Source: Rebecca billardiae RCC1528 (Eukaryota; Protista; Haptophyta). From it: a DNA stretch of 64,000 nt. Positions 35,701 through 46,699 of the stretch are shown piece after piece. The notes beneath the pieces are model-generated. The model had not been told where the DNA came from. It worked only from the letters and a program-made list of their open reading frames with translations, and made no database searches. Each line of letters begins with the position of its first letter. Position 1 is the stretch's first letter. Where the stretch lies: assembly GCA_965240325.2 (NCBI GenBank), contig OZ251226.1, positions 1,612,001 to 1,676,000 on the forward strand. Direction: 5' to 3'. A program made the position numbers and the translations under genes.

Positions 35701-36790
35701 CTCGAGGTTGGGCGAAGGTGACGACGAATGGTCGATGGAGGTTCCACGGCGTCATGTGGCGCAGGCTGCCAGCGTTGCGAGGCATTGCGTACGCGCACGG
35801 CAGCACGCCCAAGCACGCGGGCGTGGCGCTCGTCCCGTTGCCGTACTGGGCAGCCAGGCCGAGGTCCCACATGCTGGCCAGGTCGAAGGCGGCAAGGGTT
35901 GCCACTGCACCGCCTTTGGAGTGACCAACGACGGCCAAGCTCGCGGGCTCGTCGTGCGCGGCCAGGATCTCGTCGTTGACGTGCGCAAGCGCGTCGTAGA
36001 CCATCCCTTGGAGCTCCGAGTACTCCTCAAAGAAGCCGCGATGCACCCACACGGAGTCCCAGTCATCGCCGAGACCGCGCCAAGGGTGCTCGGGAGCGAG
36101 GTCGAGGTTGTTCCACCAGTTTGTCAGCGAGTACTTGTCCGTCCCTTGGAATGCCACCGTCACGGCGTGCTTGGCTGCGTCGTACATGACCACCACCGTG
36201 AGGTCAGCTTGCCGTGCGCACCTCCGCCGGACCAGAGTCACGTTTGGCAGGAGGGAGCACGCGACGCACGTCCAATTGTCCACGCTGGCGATGTCGTCGA
36301 GAGTGGGGCGCAACTCCCATTGGGCTCCACAGCTTTGCCCGGGGTACGCCTTGGAGTCGCTCGAGACGCAGTACGGCAACGTAGCTGCCAGTGCGTAGTA
36401 CGCCATGTCGCCACTGCTGACGAGTTCGTGCGCCGAGGTGTACGCCTGGCGCTCGAGCACACCCTGCGGCTCGTAGACGGTGCGATTCGGCAGGTCGACG
36501 CACACGTCCCACCACCACGACGCATCCGCGGCGATTCCGCATCCAGACTCGTCGCTGGCGGCTGTGGAGCCATGCGCCCCTTCCGTCCGGCACCAGCTGC
36601 GCCCCGAGGGGCATTGCGAGCCGTCATGCACGTCGGCGCGCAGCTCGCACGGCTCGCACTCGGAGATGCACGTGCAGTTCGACTCGGTGGGAGCGAGGTG
36701 TGCGAGGTGCAAGATGCGCCCGTGAGGATGGCCGAGGGCGAGCGATGCCACCACAGGCACGTGGAGAAGGAGCAGGAGGAGCGCCTTCAT
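32771..36790 (-). CDS. Class-3 lipase::multi-TM protein, copy 2 (1339 aa)
   Basis: Near-identical inverted paralog of 23836-27999; altered post-TM segment and C-terminus. Confidence 0.85.
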   Translation of the reverse strand: MKALLLLLLHVPVVASLALGHPHGRILHLAHLAPTESNCTCISECEPCELRADVHDGSQCPSGRSWCRTEGAHGSTAASDESGCGIAADASWWWDVCVDLPNRTVYEPQGVLERQAYTSAHELVSSGDMAYYALAATLPYCVSSDSKAYPGQSCGAQWELRPTLDDIASVDNWTCVACSLLPNVTLVRRRCARQADLTVVVMYDAAKHAVTVAFQGTDKYSLTNWWNNLDLAPEHPWRGLGDDWDSVWVHRGFFEEYSELQGMVYDALAHVNDEILAAHDEPASLAVVGHSKGGAVATLAAFDLASMWDLGLAAQYGNGTSATPACLGVLPCAYAMPRNAGSLRHMTPWNLHRPFVVTFAQPRVGGVAFGDFYGRLVTEHYRFVNQYDLVVATPPFTGSLGYFHVPSVAVHFPAVRGDADVLGQDVCGPSDYAVCDVRDAGVEDAACQASCTACDPTYAGHGKFCGVEHLIGNAKYCTGGTSETSQPGETLTPADGAEDDDDGDDGDGGRDGDGPSADDDAGSAQSIWTAPLIAGLSVGAAAIVGVGVAATLRLESVRRRCWRGRGDPHLVLGGIRIETAHPAGARKVVRRMSTGERLVALIRRTNSRRAAHRAGGPPREKPMIAKKLRAAMIAHQAAHIIQPERTVTHVWCWERVWVVRHVVRAFFVSDLSAHRWRDVRFYDERAKAIPHAEPSEASNYTAWRYSVMVTILLLLLSSSSIVTLASLATGSMQDAGDPLAIGSSQNTLETACGAERYEPSPSIDVSVIIRSELQDFGDERCAKECDELPAIASSVLEAAADAVTSEVAAAEVSLGAGVTASCAGRTANASETAYAATLEATGSAVAAEAAANSTRDAIMLVCADTRAEAQLTANALGAVAQGAINGAAAELGVGYDAASRGLAARCTERCSEALRTLLGSVCKHVPTDAELSATLEADDLTRLAVLGAVRTVAQTACGQRKLYTTSRAADCLMARWRLGMAVGTAVAKMLAFLLVVCALAAGRVWLRSQRFLLAGFALNAVAPVVLTAVPWFSALGIQDVIEDEMRGSLSAPVISWRYRLEIASSSMRSVLPILLASFPAMLRASHVWKSIVPHSSVWGWVIWVIPVVHFAVVFGGLLFPMHTVGDAWFGGATVTFSSALVGYMLIAHVVNASREPGAYRATKAFAGAALLKQGCKVATVAFFGLWAYHAVLGVWLSVTQPLTNQPREELVEELNEHLTEEGLEYMRSHWADVASFILDILSAALLAQLACADGLANLAVELRTVDGYLAHTHTVRSDSLYDDGLYDEGIESIHAMVEDELHLLLERRQARRHAMHHAHAHWHTQAHLFPDRRAGRQAT

Positions 36791-37003
36791 CCGTCCTTAC
36801 AGTATCGGAGGCGTAAAGGACGTCGCGTCCGCGTTCACCGTCCACGGTGAGACGGGTCAGGCCGCACCCAAGTTTCTAACTCGGAACGTCAACCAACTGT
36901 TTCAGCTTCGTCATCGTTGGTTCGTGTAGTAGTAGTAGAGTTACTTTAGTAAATCTCGCCTGCCTGAGCTGTGTGCGTCTCTTATTATTCTTAGTTTTTT
37001 TTT

Positions 37004-37106
37004 CCCTTTATAACGGGCTCCGGGTGATCAGACTGGCGGCCGAAGCCTCCAGCCCTACCCTGGCCAGCCCCCAACCAACCACCACCCTCACCCAACCTCA
37101 AACCAC
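37004..37106 (-). repeat. 103-bp G-rich dispersed block, copy 2
   Basis: Identical inverted copy of 23500-23602. Confidence 0.95.
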
Positions 37107-37234
37107 TGACCGATACACCGAGTAGTAAACTGTATTTCTACGACGAAGTCAGCTCGTTATTTGGGCGCCACTTGGCCGATGCGCGGCCGAGGCTGCGCCA
37201 TGCCGGCCATCTCCACGTCGCCGAATCGGCCGCG

Positions 37235-39082
37235 ATGCGGATGCGAGCGGCGAGGTGGAGGACGGCGCAAACATTCGCCACGAGCGTGCTGACGCTCCGT
37301 ATTGCGTGCGCCGCCGTCGTGCTGGCTCCCGACGAGGCTGACGGCCTTTTTCCGACGCTTTTCATTATTGGGGCGGCCAAGGCGGGCAGCACTTTCCTCT
37401 TCGACTGCGTCACGGATAGCATGCACCCGAGCCGAATCTGCGCGACCGCCGAGCCGCCCGGCGCCTGGCATGCGGCGTGCTTGGGCCAGCCATTTGTGCT
37501 CCCTGCGCTGCAGATCGGTCTGCGCGTGGCGGATGACCGCGGGAGGGATGTCGTGCTGCGGCGCACCCGCGCAAAGGAGCGGTACGTTCTCTCGAGCGCC
37601 ATGTATCACGGACCCCGCGACCCCGTCCAACGAGCGCGCTTCTACCGCGGGCCCTCGCTCCCAGCCGAGCTGTGGGGCAGCGCTCGGCCGGAGACGCACG
37701 GCGAGGAGGCTGGCGCGCCGGCGGCGCACCTCGCCGCCCGCGTGGTGCGCGGCTGCGTCGCGCACGCGCGCGGGGCGGGGGGCTTGGGCTGCCCACTCGA
37801 CGCCAACCCGGCTGCTCGCTCGCGCGGCGAGCTCGAGCCCACGCGGCTTGGCGGCGCATGCAAATGGCGCCGGGCAGTCGGCACCCTGCGCGCCCCCGCA
37901 GTCGTGGCCGCGCTGCCGCAGTGCGCGCCGCTCGCTGCAAACATGAGCGCCGCAGTGCGCGCGAGCGTGATGCTCAGCGTTGTGGTCGCGTACCCGCCGC
38001 CCGGGCTCCGCCGGGCTGGCGCGCGTGGCATCGATGCCTCTCCCTACTACCTCGCTGAGCCGCGCGCGGCCCAGGCGCTTCGAGATCTGATGCCAGCGCC
38101 CCTTGTCGCGCGCGCACGATTCATCGTGCTGCTCAGGCTGCCGTGGGAGCGCGCGCGCTCGGAGTGGGCGATGGTGAGCCGGGTTCGCAAGGGCCGCAGT
38201 CCGCACGCCACCTTCGAGGCGGCGGTGCTGGACAACGCCCGCCGCGTTGCGCGCTGCCTGGCGCAAACTGCTGCGGCTGCCGCCCGGTCGGCGGCGGTGC
38301 GGGCTGCGACCGGTGCGGCCAGCGGCGAGCGCATCGACGCAGGCGGGCGCGGCGGGAGCGCGCTCGACTCGCTGGACGGCGGCCCGGGCGCGCTCCTCGG
38401 CGGGCTGATCCGGCATGAGCTCCCGCCCGCGCAGCACGCCTTGCTCAGCGCCGCGTGCGTGCGGCCCTCGGTGACGGCTCACTTCACCAACGGGTTGTAT
38501 GGCCTCGGGCTCGGTCACTGGCTGAACGCGGGCTTTGCCGCGGGGCAGTTTGCTCTGCTGCCGACGGGGGCGATGCGAGGCATGCGCGCAGACGCGCTGC
38601 TGCGCTTCGTCGGCGAGCACCTGCTGGGCGAGGGTATGGGAGCAGCCGCGGCGGCGACCCGGGGCGCGGCCAAGTGCGAGGCGGCCGCGTTCGGCGGAGA
38701 GCCGCTCCCACAGCATCGGACCCCAGACGGCGCGCCGCCTGTCGAGCGCGCGCGTGTCCGCGCGCTTGCGCGCCTTTTCTTCCAGAGGGCCGCGCCGACA
38801 TTGCACACGGTGTTACCGCCCCAGCTGAGCCCCGGCCTGCGCGGTGGCGGTCAGTGGCTCTGGGCCTCTCGCCGGCAGTACGCGTGCACGCGCGCGCTGT
38901 GCCCGCCGCCAGCAGTGGAGGGCGGGCGGCCCGCTGAGGGCGTGCGCGACGCAGACGTAGTCGGAGTCGGCTTTGGACCTCGGGACGAAGAGCTGCTGCT
39001 GCGGCGAGACCATCATATGCAGGACTCTGGCGCACGACGACGTGTTGTAGTAACGGCGGCGGCTGCGAACTCATCCGGATGA
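37235..39082 (+). CDS. Sulfotransferase (heparan-sulfate sulfotransferase-like P-loop family)
   Basis: 5'PSB PTLFIIGAAKAGSTFL; DASPYYL; 3'PB FIVLLRLPWERARSEW. Confidence 0.8.
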   Translation: MRMRAARWRTAQTFATSVLTLRIACAAVVLAPDEADGLFPTLFIIGAAKAGSTFLFDCVTDSMHPSRICATAEPPGAWHAACLGQPFVLPALQIGLRVADDRGRDVVLRRTRAKERYVLSSAMYHGPRDPVQRARFYRGPSLPAELWGSARPETHGEEAGAPAAHLAARVVRGCVAHARGAGGLGCPLDANPAARSRGELEPTRLGGACKWRRAVGTLRAPAVVAALPQCAPLAANMSAAVRASVMLSVVVAYPPPGLRRAGARGIDASPYYLAEPRAAQALRDLMPAPLVARARFIVLLRLPWERARSEWAMVSRVRKGRSPHATFEAAVLDNARRVARCLAQTAAAAARSAAVRAATGAASGERIDAGGRGGSALDSLDGGPGALLGGLIRHELPPAQHALLSAACVRPSVTAHFTNGLYGLGLGHWLNAGFAAGQFALLPTGAMRGMRADALLRFVGEHLLGEGMGAAAAATRGAAKCEAAAFGGEPLPQHRTPDGAPPVERARVRALARLFFQRAAPTLHTVLPPQLSPGLRGGGQWLWASRRQYACTRALCPPPAVEGGRPAEGVRDADVVGVGFGPRDEELLLRRDHHMQDSGARRRVVVTAAAANSSG

Positions 39083-39453
39083 CGATGCACCGCCGTGACT
39101 TCGGTTTGGCCGCGATTGGCGGAGTCAATATCTATCATATCTACGGCGGGTCGTCTAGAGTCACGTCAGTCAACGTACTCGATTCTCCGCGGTACAGATA
39201 ACGACAGACTTAGTAATGACACAGACTTGACGGACCGCCCACCCAGGGGCCAGTGTAACAGTCGGTGAGTGCCTCGGTGCCCAGCAGCATGTCCATGATC
39301 AGAATCGATCCCCGGCCAGTAGACAGAGTCGTAGCTTATTGATTCTAGTATTCTGACTCGTACTTCGATTGACACTGACCGGTCTGCTTCCGGGATCGTG
39401 AACAGAATTTGAGATGACTGACTCACTCACACTGTCAGTGACAGTATACTCTG

Positions 39454-39456
<3 letters not shown>

Positions 39457-39516
<60 letters not shown>
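39457..39516. repeat. (AG)n microsatellite
   Basis: 60 bp perfect AG repeat. Confidence 0.99.
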
Positions 39517-39521
<5 letters not shown>

Positions 39522-39567
39522 CCGGACGTCCGGACTCGGAGCGGTAATGACTGCTGAATCGGAGCTC

Positions 39568-41684
39568 ATGGCCCGCGGTGCAGGGCGGAGCGCGCAGCGT
39601 GGAGCCCGCACCAGCGGGCCGGAACCACGTTTCAAAAAGATCTTTGATCAAGAAAAAGGGACGCGGGGGCCGATTTTTAGGGCTGGCGGAGACCGAGTTT
39701 CGAATTTTGAGACCCTCTCTACAGATGCATCACGGAGAAAAAAACCGCGTCCACGACATTCCCCTAATCAATCGTGGACGGCCGGGCGTGAGAGTTCACT
39801 TCTGTGTGAAGTAGGACGGTTACAAGTCCAATACAAGCGTCAGCTTCTCCTAAATTCCCCTTTATAATGGGCTCCGGGTGATCAGACTGGCGGCCGAAGC
39901 CTCCAGCCCTACCCTGGCCAGCCCCCAACCAACCACCACTTCTTTGAGGCTATTTTTGCACGTCCTTACGGGATCAGTGAAGTAACCAACCGATATATAT
40001 TGGCTTCGTCGGGGTCGTATTCACTACTGGAGTATATTGGGTAATTGTGGGTACTCTCGTTCAGTCTATCATATCAGTACATTGGCTCGCTAACGGTGTT
40101 GGGGGCATAAGGTCATTTTGGGTAATTGTGGGTATTATCATACCCAGTTGGGTGCCAGGGGGCGCGCGGCACGCGCTCGCTCCAAAACGGGGCGAGCCCT
40201 CGTCGCCCTCGATCGACCGCCATCGGTGTGGACGACCGCGCGGAGCGCGCGCCGCGCGCGCGCCGCCCGCGCGGCCGCGGGCGCCTCCCGCGCGGGTGGC
40301 GCACGCACGCCCGCGCGCCCGCCCGCGCGCGCGGCCGCGTTTGCGGGCGCGCGCGGATTTTTGAAGGCTTCTGTCTGTCGGGCGTTGCGTCCGACTCGTG
40401 CGCCATGTCGTGCCATGTCGTGGCGTGCGCATGTGCGCACTCTCGGTGGGGTGGTGCGCGGGCGGCGGCGCTCTCCTGAATTCTACCCCGCGCCCGTTTC
40501 GCTGTGCGTGCGCGCTGCGTCGCGCAGGCACGCGAGAGTACCTGCGGCTCCCGCGCGGCCGACGTGGACGGTTGCCCCGGCGCGCCGCTCCAGCACGCGC
40601 TCGCGTGTCTGCGTGGACTGGGTTATAGCGCGCGTGCCGCGCCTTCTTTTCTCGGTGCAGGCGCGCTGGCTGCAGGCCTTGGCCATCGACTACGCGGCGC
40701 GCACCCTAGCACTCCCTAGCAGCCAGCCGCGACGAGTCCGAGTCTGCGCGCGCAGATGGGCGGCGGCGCGCAGGCCGTGCGCGCGCAGATACACGAGCAC
40801 GTGCGCGTGAAGGCGCTGGGCGCCGAGCTGGCAAAGCGCGACGCCGAGCTCGACGCGTGCGCGCAGAGGCGCTGGGCGCCGAGCTGGCGAAGCGAGACGC
40901 CGAGCTCGACGCGCTGCGTCACGCGGCACGGATGCGCTGGGCGCGCGCGCTGCCCTTGTCCACGCCCTGCAGCAGCTCGAGCAGGTGTGGACGGCCCTCG
41001 AAGCTACGGTGGGCGAGCGCGCGCCGCTCAGCCTGCCGCTGGCCGCCGCCATCCTCGAGGCCGACGCGGCGAAGCAGGCGGCGGGCGAGCACGGCGGCGC
41101 GGTGCGGAGCAGGGCACGCGTGCGCCTGGCGGCGGGCGCGACACGCCACTCGCTTCGTCCCACCCCGAGCTCCGCTCGGTCTGCGCGTGGCTGCGCAGCG
41201 TGGGCGGGCAGCAGTGGCGCGCGCTCTCGCTATGCCGGCCCGAGGCGCGCCGGCTGAGCGACCAGCGGCCCTTCGTCGAGCGCATGGCGCAGCGCGAGCA
41301 CCTCTAGCAGGTGCGCGCGCGCGCGCGCACGCGCCGGCCCGCGCCGCGCGGCGCCTCTCGCCCTGCACGCGCGCCGCCCCGCTTCCCCGCGCGGCCCGTC
41401 CGCGCCTCTCGCCCTGCGCGCGCGCCGCCCCGCTTCCCCGCGCGGCCCGTCCGCTGGTGTCCCGTGCCACCCTTGGCCGTCGGCGCGCCCATTCACGCGC
41501 CGCGAGTCCGACAGACGGGTCTGACTCTCACTCACTCTCCGAGACGGTGCGGCTCGGCCTGTCTGACTGCCAGGCAGACGCCAGACCGTGCGGATTGACG
41601 ACGTCACGGTCTCATTCTCAACCACTGCGCCGCGGGCCCCCAACTGCGTTGGTTCTACGGAAAAGGACCGCGGAACGCGGTCAT
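39568..41684 (+). mobile_element. Same family, copy D (captured gene-fragment cargo)
   Basis: 5' ATGGCCCGCGGTGCAGGGCGG.. plus ~150 bp of family sequence; 3' CGCCGCGGGCC..GACCGCGGAACGCGGTCAT; contains the G-rich block and a frameshifted ORF fragment. Confidence 0.7.
40690..41310 (+). pseudogene. Captured frameshifted host-gene exon inside element D
   Basis: VKALGAELAKRDAELDA (tandemly duplicated), VWTALEATVGERAPLSL.., HPELRSVCAWLRSVGGQQWRAL in different frames, followed by a host-type donor CAG|GTGCGCGC. Confidence 0.55.
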
Positions 41685-43329
41685 CTAGCTATAGCCGATA
41701 TCATATGTGGGGTTATTGGCACAATAACTGATTGTCTAAGAGGACGGTGGGAGCGCAATGCGCCGTATGGTATCAACACCTGCCTGCCAATCGGCCCGAG
41801 GCAGGCGGCCGAGCGCAAGTCCGGCTGCCATCTTGGCCACCCTCTTCTCGTGCCACGAGGGTCTTTCGACTTCGAGCCTGCTCTGTGCGCGCGCACAACG
41901 GCCCAGAACTAGCTAACTCGTTGTGCTGCTCCTGGGCTTTGAGCGGGTTGGCATGGTGGCTCTGGACAGCCAATTGGTGGCCTGGATTCTTTCATTTGGC
42001 GCCGAGCCGACCGACGCGGCCCTGTGTCTCTCTCGCTCACGCAGCGGACGACGCCCTTCGTTTCGGAAGCGCCCTCTGTCCTGAGGCTGATGGCTGCAGC
42101 TGTTCTGGGCCCGCATCTTTCAGGGCGCCCGCCTCTGCACGATGGTGCCCCGTGCCTCGCTCTTGTGTGGCTTGGCGGCTCTCGAGCTGCGTCTTCCAAG
42201 CTGTCGGCGTCGAGCGGCCAGTCCTGCCGTGCGCTCGGCCTGAGCCGTGAGCGGGCTGCCGCTCGCACTTTGACTTTGTTTCCGAGGAACAAAAATCCCT
42301 TATTCAATGTATAGAGTCTGGTATCTCGCAGCGTGGCTCCGCCCTGCCCGGCGTGTGCCTCGCCTCCTTGCTGCATCTGGATGGCGCAGGCGCTTCGAGG
42401 ACGGCTAGACATATAATATATTATGGCGCACGGCCCCCCCCCGAAAGGTCTGAGCGTGAGCGAAAGCCGGGGGGGGGGGCGGCGCACGTGCTCCGCAAAA
42501 TCAAAAAGAGGATGCGCGCAGGATTTTGGGGATTTTTCGGTAGGTGGCCACCGCGTATGAGTGGATATCGCTGCCGCAATGATTGCGTTTGTACTGCCCC
42601 TTAATTTTAACGATAGTAACACTTAGGGGAATGCAGGGTGGAATAGCACATAACACCAGCCGTGTGTTAGAACATTCCGTCATAGTAAGATGCCTGAATT
42701 GTAAGAGCCTGAAACAGCTCGCCAACCATAGAAACGATAGGTTGGGTCGTCAGCTTTGATTCACGCGCTTCTGAAAAACAGCGTTTTAGATTAGACGCAT
42801 CCCTCTTCTCTTAAGAGAACTGCGCTTCAAAAACACCGTTTCAACGAAAGACGATCGCCCGCCATTCAACTGAAACGAGATTCTGCATAAAGCGAACCAA
42901 ACATTTGGTTCGGTGGCAATCCAATTCTTGTATTTCAGATGAACGACATAGCCTGAAGGCGAACATTCTCGCTCTCGACCCATATGATCATTTGTTGATG
43001 AGGCCTGAATTCGCTCATCAACAATGATGGCAGCGACGCGATATGGTATTGCGCGGGTAGCTTGAATCGACGTTCCCGCGCTCTATCTGCGATCAATATT
43101 TAAGAGCTCTCTGATTCAAATGGGTGTACGCTGTCCTGGACAGACTCTGATCAATGATGATCGGCACGAAAAGTTGCGCGTGACGGCTCGGTGACGACGA
43201 TCCAACGGCAAAGTGCCGCGGGTGCGGCGGCGGTGCGGCGGAGGCGGAGGCGGAGGCGTCGGGGGAGGCGGCTGAAGGGAGCGAGGGCGATGGTGGCGGC
43301 GCAGTCGAGGGAGGTGCGCCGAATGGCAT

Positions 43330-44520
43330 GTCCGTCCTCACCCTCGCCGGCGGCGGCCGCCCGCGTGCCGCCGCCGCCGCGGCTCCGCGGCTTGCTGGCG
43401 ACCGGACTGCACGGGTGATGCGACCGGACGCGCCGATGCTGCGCGCGTACGGGGTGGCGCAGCTGCTGCTCGAGGTGATCGCGCACTATGCGCTCGACCC
43501 CGCCGAGCCCGCCGCATGCGCCACCCTCTCCGCAGGCTGCGTCGCAAATCTGACCTATCCGGTCGACAGGCGTCTGCACTCGGACCGCGCGGCGGTGCGG
43601 CGCGAGGCCGAGCGCGGGAGCCTGGGCGGCGGCGGGCGCGCGGCGGGGCATGTGCTGCCCGAGAGGCTGGCGCACTCGCCCAGCGCCGCCGCGCACACCG
43701 CCGCCGACCTCGCGCGCACGACCTCCGTCAACTCCTCCGTCAGCGGCGGAGAGCGCGTCGCGTCGCTGCCCACGCGGCTGGTCGCTGCCGCCCAGCCGGT
43801 TCGTCATCCGAGCGCAGTCGCCCGGCGGCGGCGGGGCGGATCGGAGGCGGCGGCGTCGGAGGGCGGCGTCGGAGGGCGGCGTCGGAGGGCGGCGTCGGAG
43901 GGCGGCGTCGGAGGGCGGAGCGGAGGGCGGCGGCGCGCCGCCGCCGCCGCCCGACGGGCTGCCGCGATCGCCGCTCGCCGCCGCGATCGCCGCCGCCGAC
44001 GGCAGCGGCGGCGCGCGGGCGCCCGCAGCGCGCGCCGGGCCGGTCGCCGCCTGGGTGGTGGGACCGCCGCTGGGGGGCGGGGCGGGCGGAGGAGATGGCG
44101 GTGGCGAAGGAGGACGCGGTGGTGGACGTGGACGTCACGCAGTCCGGGCTGCACTGGCTCATCCACCTCCTCTCCGCACTCGACCCGCCGCCGTCACCGA
44201 CGGCGCAGCAGCTGGCGGCGGCGCGACGGACGGTGGCGGGCGCGGCCGCGGCCGAAGCGGGCGCGCGCCGCGCGCGCCGCTGCGGCGGCGTGGAGCGGCG
44301 GGAGCTGAGCGGCGCGCTGCTGCACACGCAGTCACGCTGCAGCGCAGCTGGCGGCGGCGCGACGGACGGTGGCGGGCGCGGCCGCGGCCGAGGCGGGCGC
44401 GCGCCGCGCGCGCCGCTGCGGCGGCGTGGAGCGGCGGGAGCTGAGCGGCGCGCTGCTGCACACGCAGTCACGCTGCGCTTAACGTGCTGCAGGACGCTGT
44501 GCGAGCGCGCCACCGCCGAC
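43330..44520 (+). pseudogene. Degraded helical-protein gene fragment with internal tandem repeats
   Basis: LRAYGVAQLLLEVIAHY..GCVANLTYP and DVTQSGLHWLIHLLSAL in different frames; 13-bp x5 repeat 43849-43913; ~135-bp x2 repeat 44203-44476. Confidence 0.45.
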
Positions 44521-45040
44521 GCCGTCGCGCCGCCGCTGCCCCCGCCGCACCGGCACCGTCCGACTGTCCGACCGTGTCGTCACAAGCCGCGGCTGCTGCT
44601 CACATTCACAAGCTGCGTGATCGGTGACTCTGAGTCTGAGCACTAGCCACTAGGGCCGTGCGCCCTCAACTTCGTTGTTCACTACCCGAAGATCGGCGTA
44701 GCCGATCATAATATATATATATATATATATTAGCTTACTGCATGCTGCTGACTATTTACAGCCTGATGTCGTCATTATATATTCTACTACTGTAAGCAGA
44801 GCTAGCTAGCGCCGGCACTCATCGAGTGACGAGTGCTCCGCGCGACATCCCGATTACCGTCCGAATCAACGCCGCTGGTAACTTATTTCTTACGCGGAGT
44901 GTGAACCGCCAGGGGTCCGGGGTGACTGACGCTGCAACTTGTGCTGCTCCTGCCCTTGAAGCTGGTCAAAGCCAATTCAACCAGCAAACACAACGCACAT
45001 CCACAGCTGCGAGTGAGCGTGCCAGAGAGAGGGCGCCCGC

Positions 45041-45526
45041 TCAACCTCCCTTTGCAGCTGCGGCGCGCGCTGTCTCGTTCAGCGTGCGCATTGTCTCCCA
45101 TCGCTCGTTCAGCTCTGCTGAACGACTGGTCGCTAGTCGCGTCACCTCGTCCCGGTGGCCGGTGAAGTTGGCCGAGTAAGTGGAGTCCCATGGCGTGGTC
45201 AACTTGGATGCTCGCTCGTTGACGGGCAGGAACGTACTCTGCGAGAAAGCCTCGCGCATGCGAGGCCGATGCCCAATGTACCCAACAATTGGCTCGTTGC
45301 GTGTCTCGCGCCGCGACGGTTTCACCCATGGGTATGGTTGCGAGAGGGTCGGGTGGTCTGGTGGTGGGTCCATCTTGCCAGTGACGACAGCGTTGTACAC
45401 GGGCCCGGGTATCGGCGGCTGAGGGGCCCTGCGGGCAGGCCGATCGAACGCGGCAATACGCTCGGCAATGTGCTGGTTGTCACGATTGATGCGGAACATG
45501 GCTGCCCATGCTGTTTGCGACGACAT
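45041..45526 (-). CDS. Putative ciliary microtubule inner protein
   Basis: PIVGYIGHRP (FAM166-type PYG/GYxGHxP motif) and WDSTYSANF (Mn/SAXO-like motif). Confidence 0.5.
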   Translation of the reverse strand: MSSQTAWAAMFRINRDNQHIAERIAAFDRPARRAPQPPIPGPVYNAVVTGKMDPPPDHPTLSQPYPWVKPSRRETRNEPIVGYIGHRPRMREAFSQSTFLPVNERASKLTTPWDSTYSANFTGHRDEVTRLATSRSAELNERWETMRTLNETARAAAAKGG

Positions 45527-45817
45527 GGCTTCGAAGGGCAACGAGGCAAAGCAGTCGACACGCTCCTACGTGTACGCGGAAGCCGCACGAGTGGCAAGGT
45601 GGGCGTCTGCAATCCGAACTCGCACGGTCTGCAGAGAGCACCTCGTCCACCCGCACCTTGCTGAATGCGTTGCTGGCGAGGCGGTGCTCGGTCGTGCCGT
45701 GAGCCCGTAACGTCTTCGTCAGCAGGGAAATGAAGCAGATATTCCGCGCAGGAAAACCGCCGCGCCGGCCACTGGCGAGGCAGGGCCGCCCTCCATCGTG
45801 ACCGCTGAGCAAGGTCA

Positions 45818-46253
45818 ATGTTCGTTCTGCCGCTGAGTGCCGATTGCACCGCGGTGTTGCCGCCGTCCACCAACGGCAACGCGTGGCGGCCGCTAGCACC
45901 TATCGACGAGGAAGAGCTGATCAATCGACTTGAAGCGGACTACGCGCAATTGGTACGCGCGGGGGATACTGATGTGATCTTCTCGGCCCGAACACTACGG
46001 CCGCGTGCTTGTGGTGATTGAAGCTCAGTGCTGTGTCCCCCACCCATCCCCGCCCATCCCCATCATTGCCACGCTTCTGTAGCTTACCAGTATGCACGTC
46101 TCCGACATACCAGTCATCGGCGTCGTCAGTCCTCGAGCAGCCAACGACCCCGACGATGCTGATTTGGATGATGACGTGGAGGAGGAAGAAGAGCTGGATG
46201 ATCCCCACGACACGGACGGCGAGGAATTCGAAACGGACGAAGCCATGAGCTGA
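45818..46253 (+). CDS. ANAPC15: Anaphase-promoting complex subunit 15-like; intron 45953-46082
   Basis: Spliced ~101-aa product ..WRPLAPIDEEELINRLEADYAQL|LTSMHVSDIPVIG.. with acidic tail DDADLDDDVEEEEELDDPHDTDGEEFE, resembling the APC15 layout. Confidence 0.6.
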
Positions 46254-46699
46254 TCCAAAACGACGTTGCCCATTGCGCGTCGATAAATGTGATCCCGAAA
46301 AAGGCAACAGGCTTGCAAAACGTTCCGTGAATGGGCGCCGTGACTCCCGCGGACTGAGTCCGGCGACCCGCCGGTCCGGGCGCGATCCAGTCAGGTCGGA
46401 ACGCGATACGCCTTAGTACCGCATTCGGGATTCCGGAACCGTTGCTGACTTGCAGTCCCACCCCTGCCTGCTACTATCTATGTAGCCAATCGGGCGTAGG
46501 AGCAGACTACAGCTCGGTGGGCTCCGGGACACGCCCTAAGCTACTGGCGAAGGCGTAGTGACTAGTGTAGCCTGTAGGTAGACGGCACGGTCTCACAGTC
46601 TGCCGTGGCTGCGGCTGCGGCCCTGCCGGCCGGCGCCAGCGGCGCCAGCGGCGGCGCGGTGGCCGGCGGCAGCGGCGGGGCGGCGGCCGGCGCCCCCCC

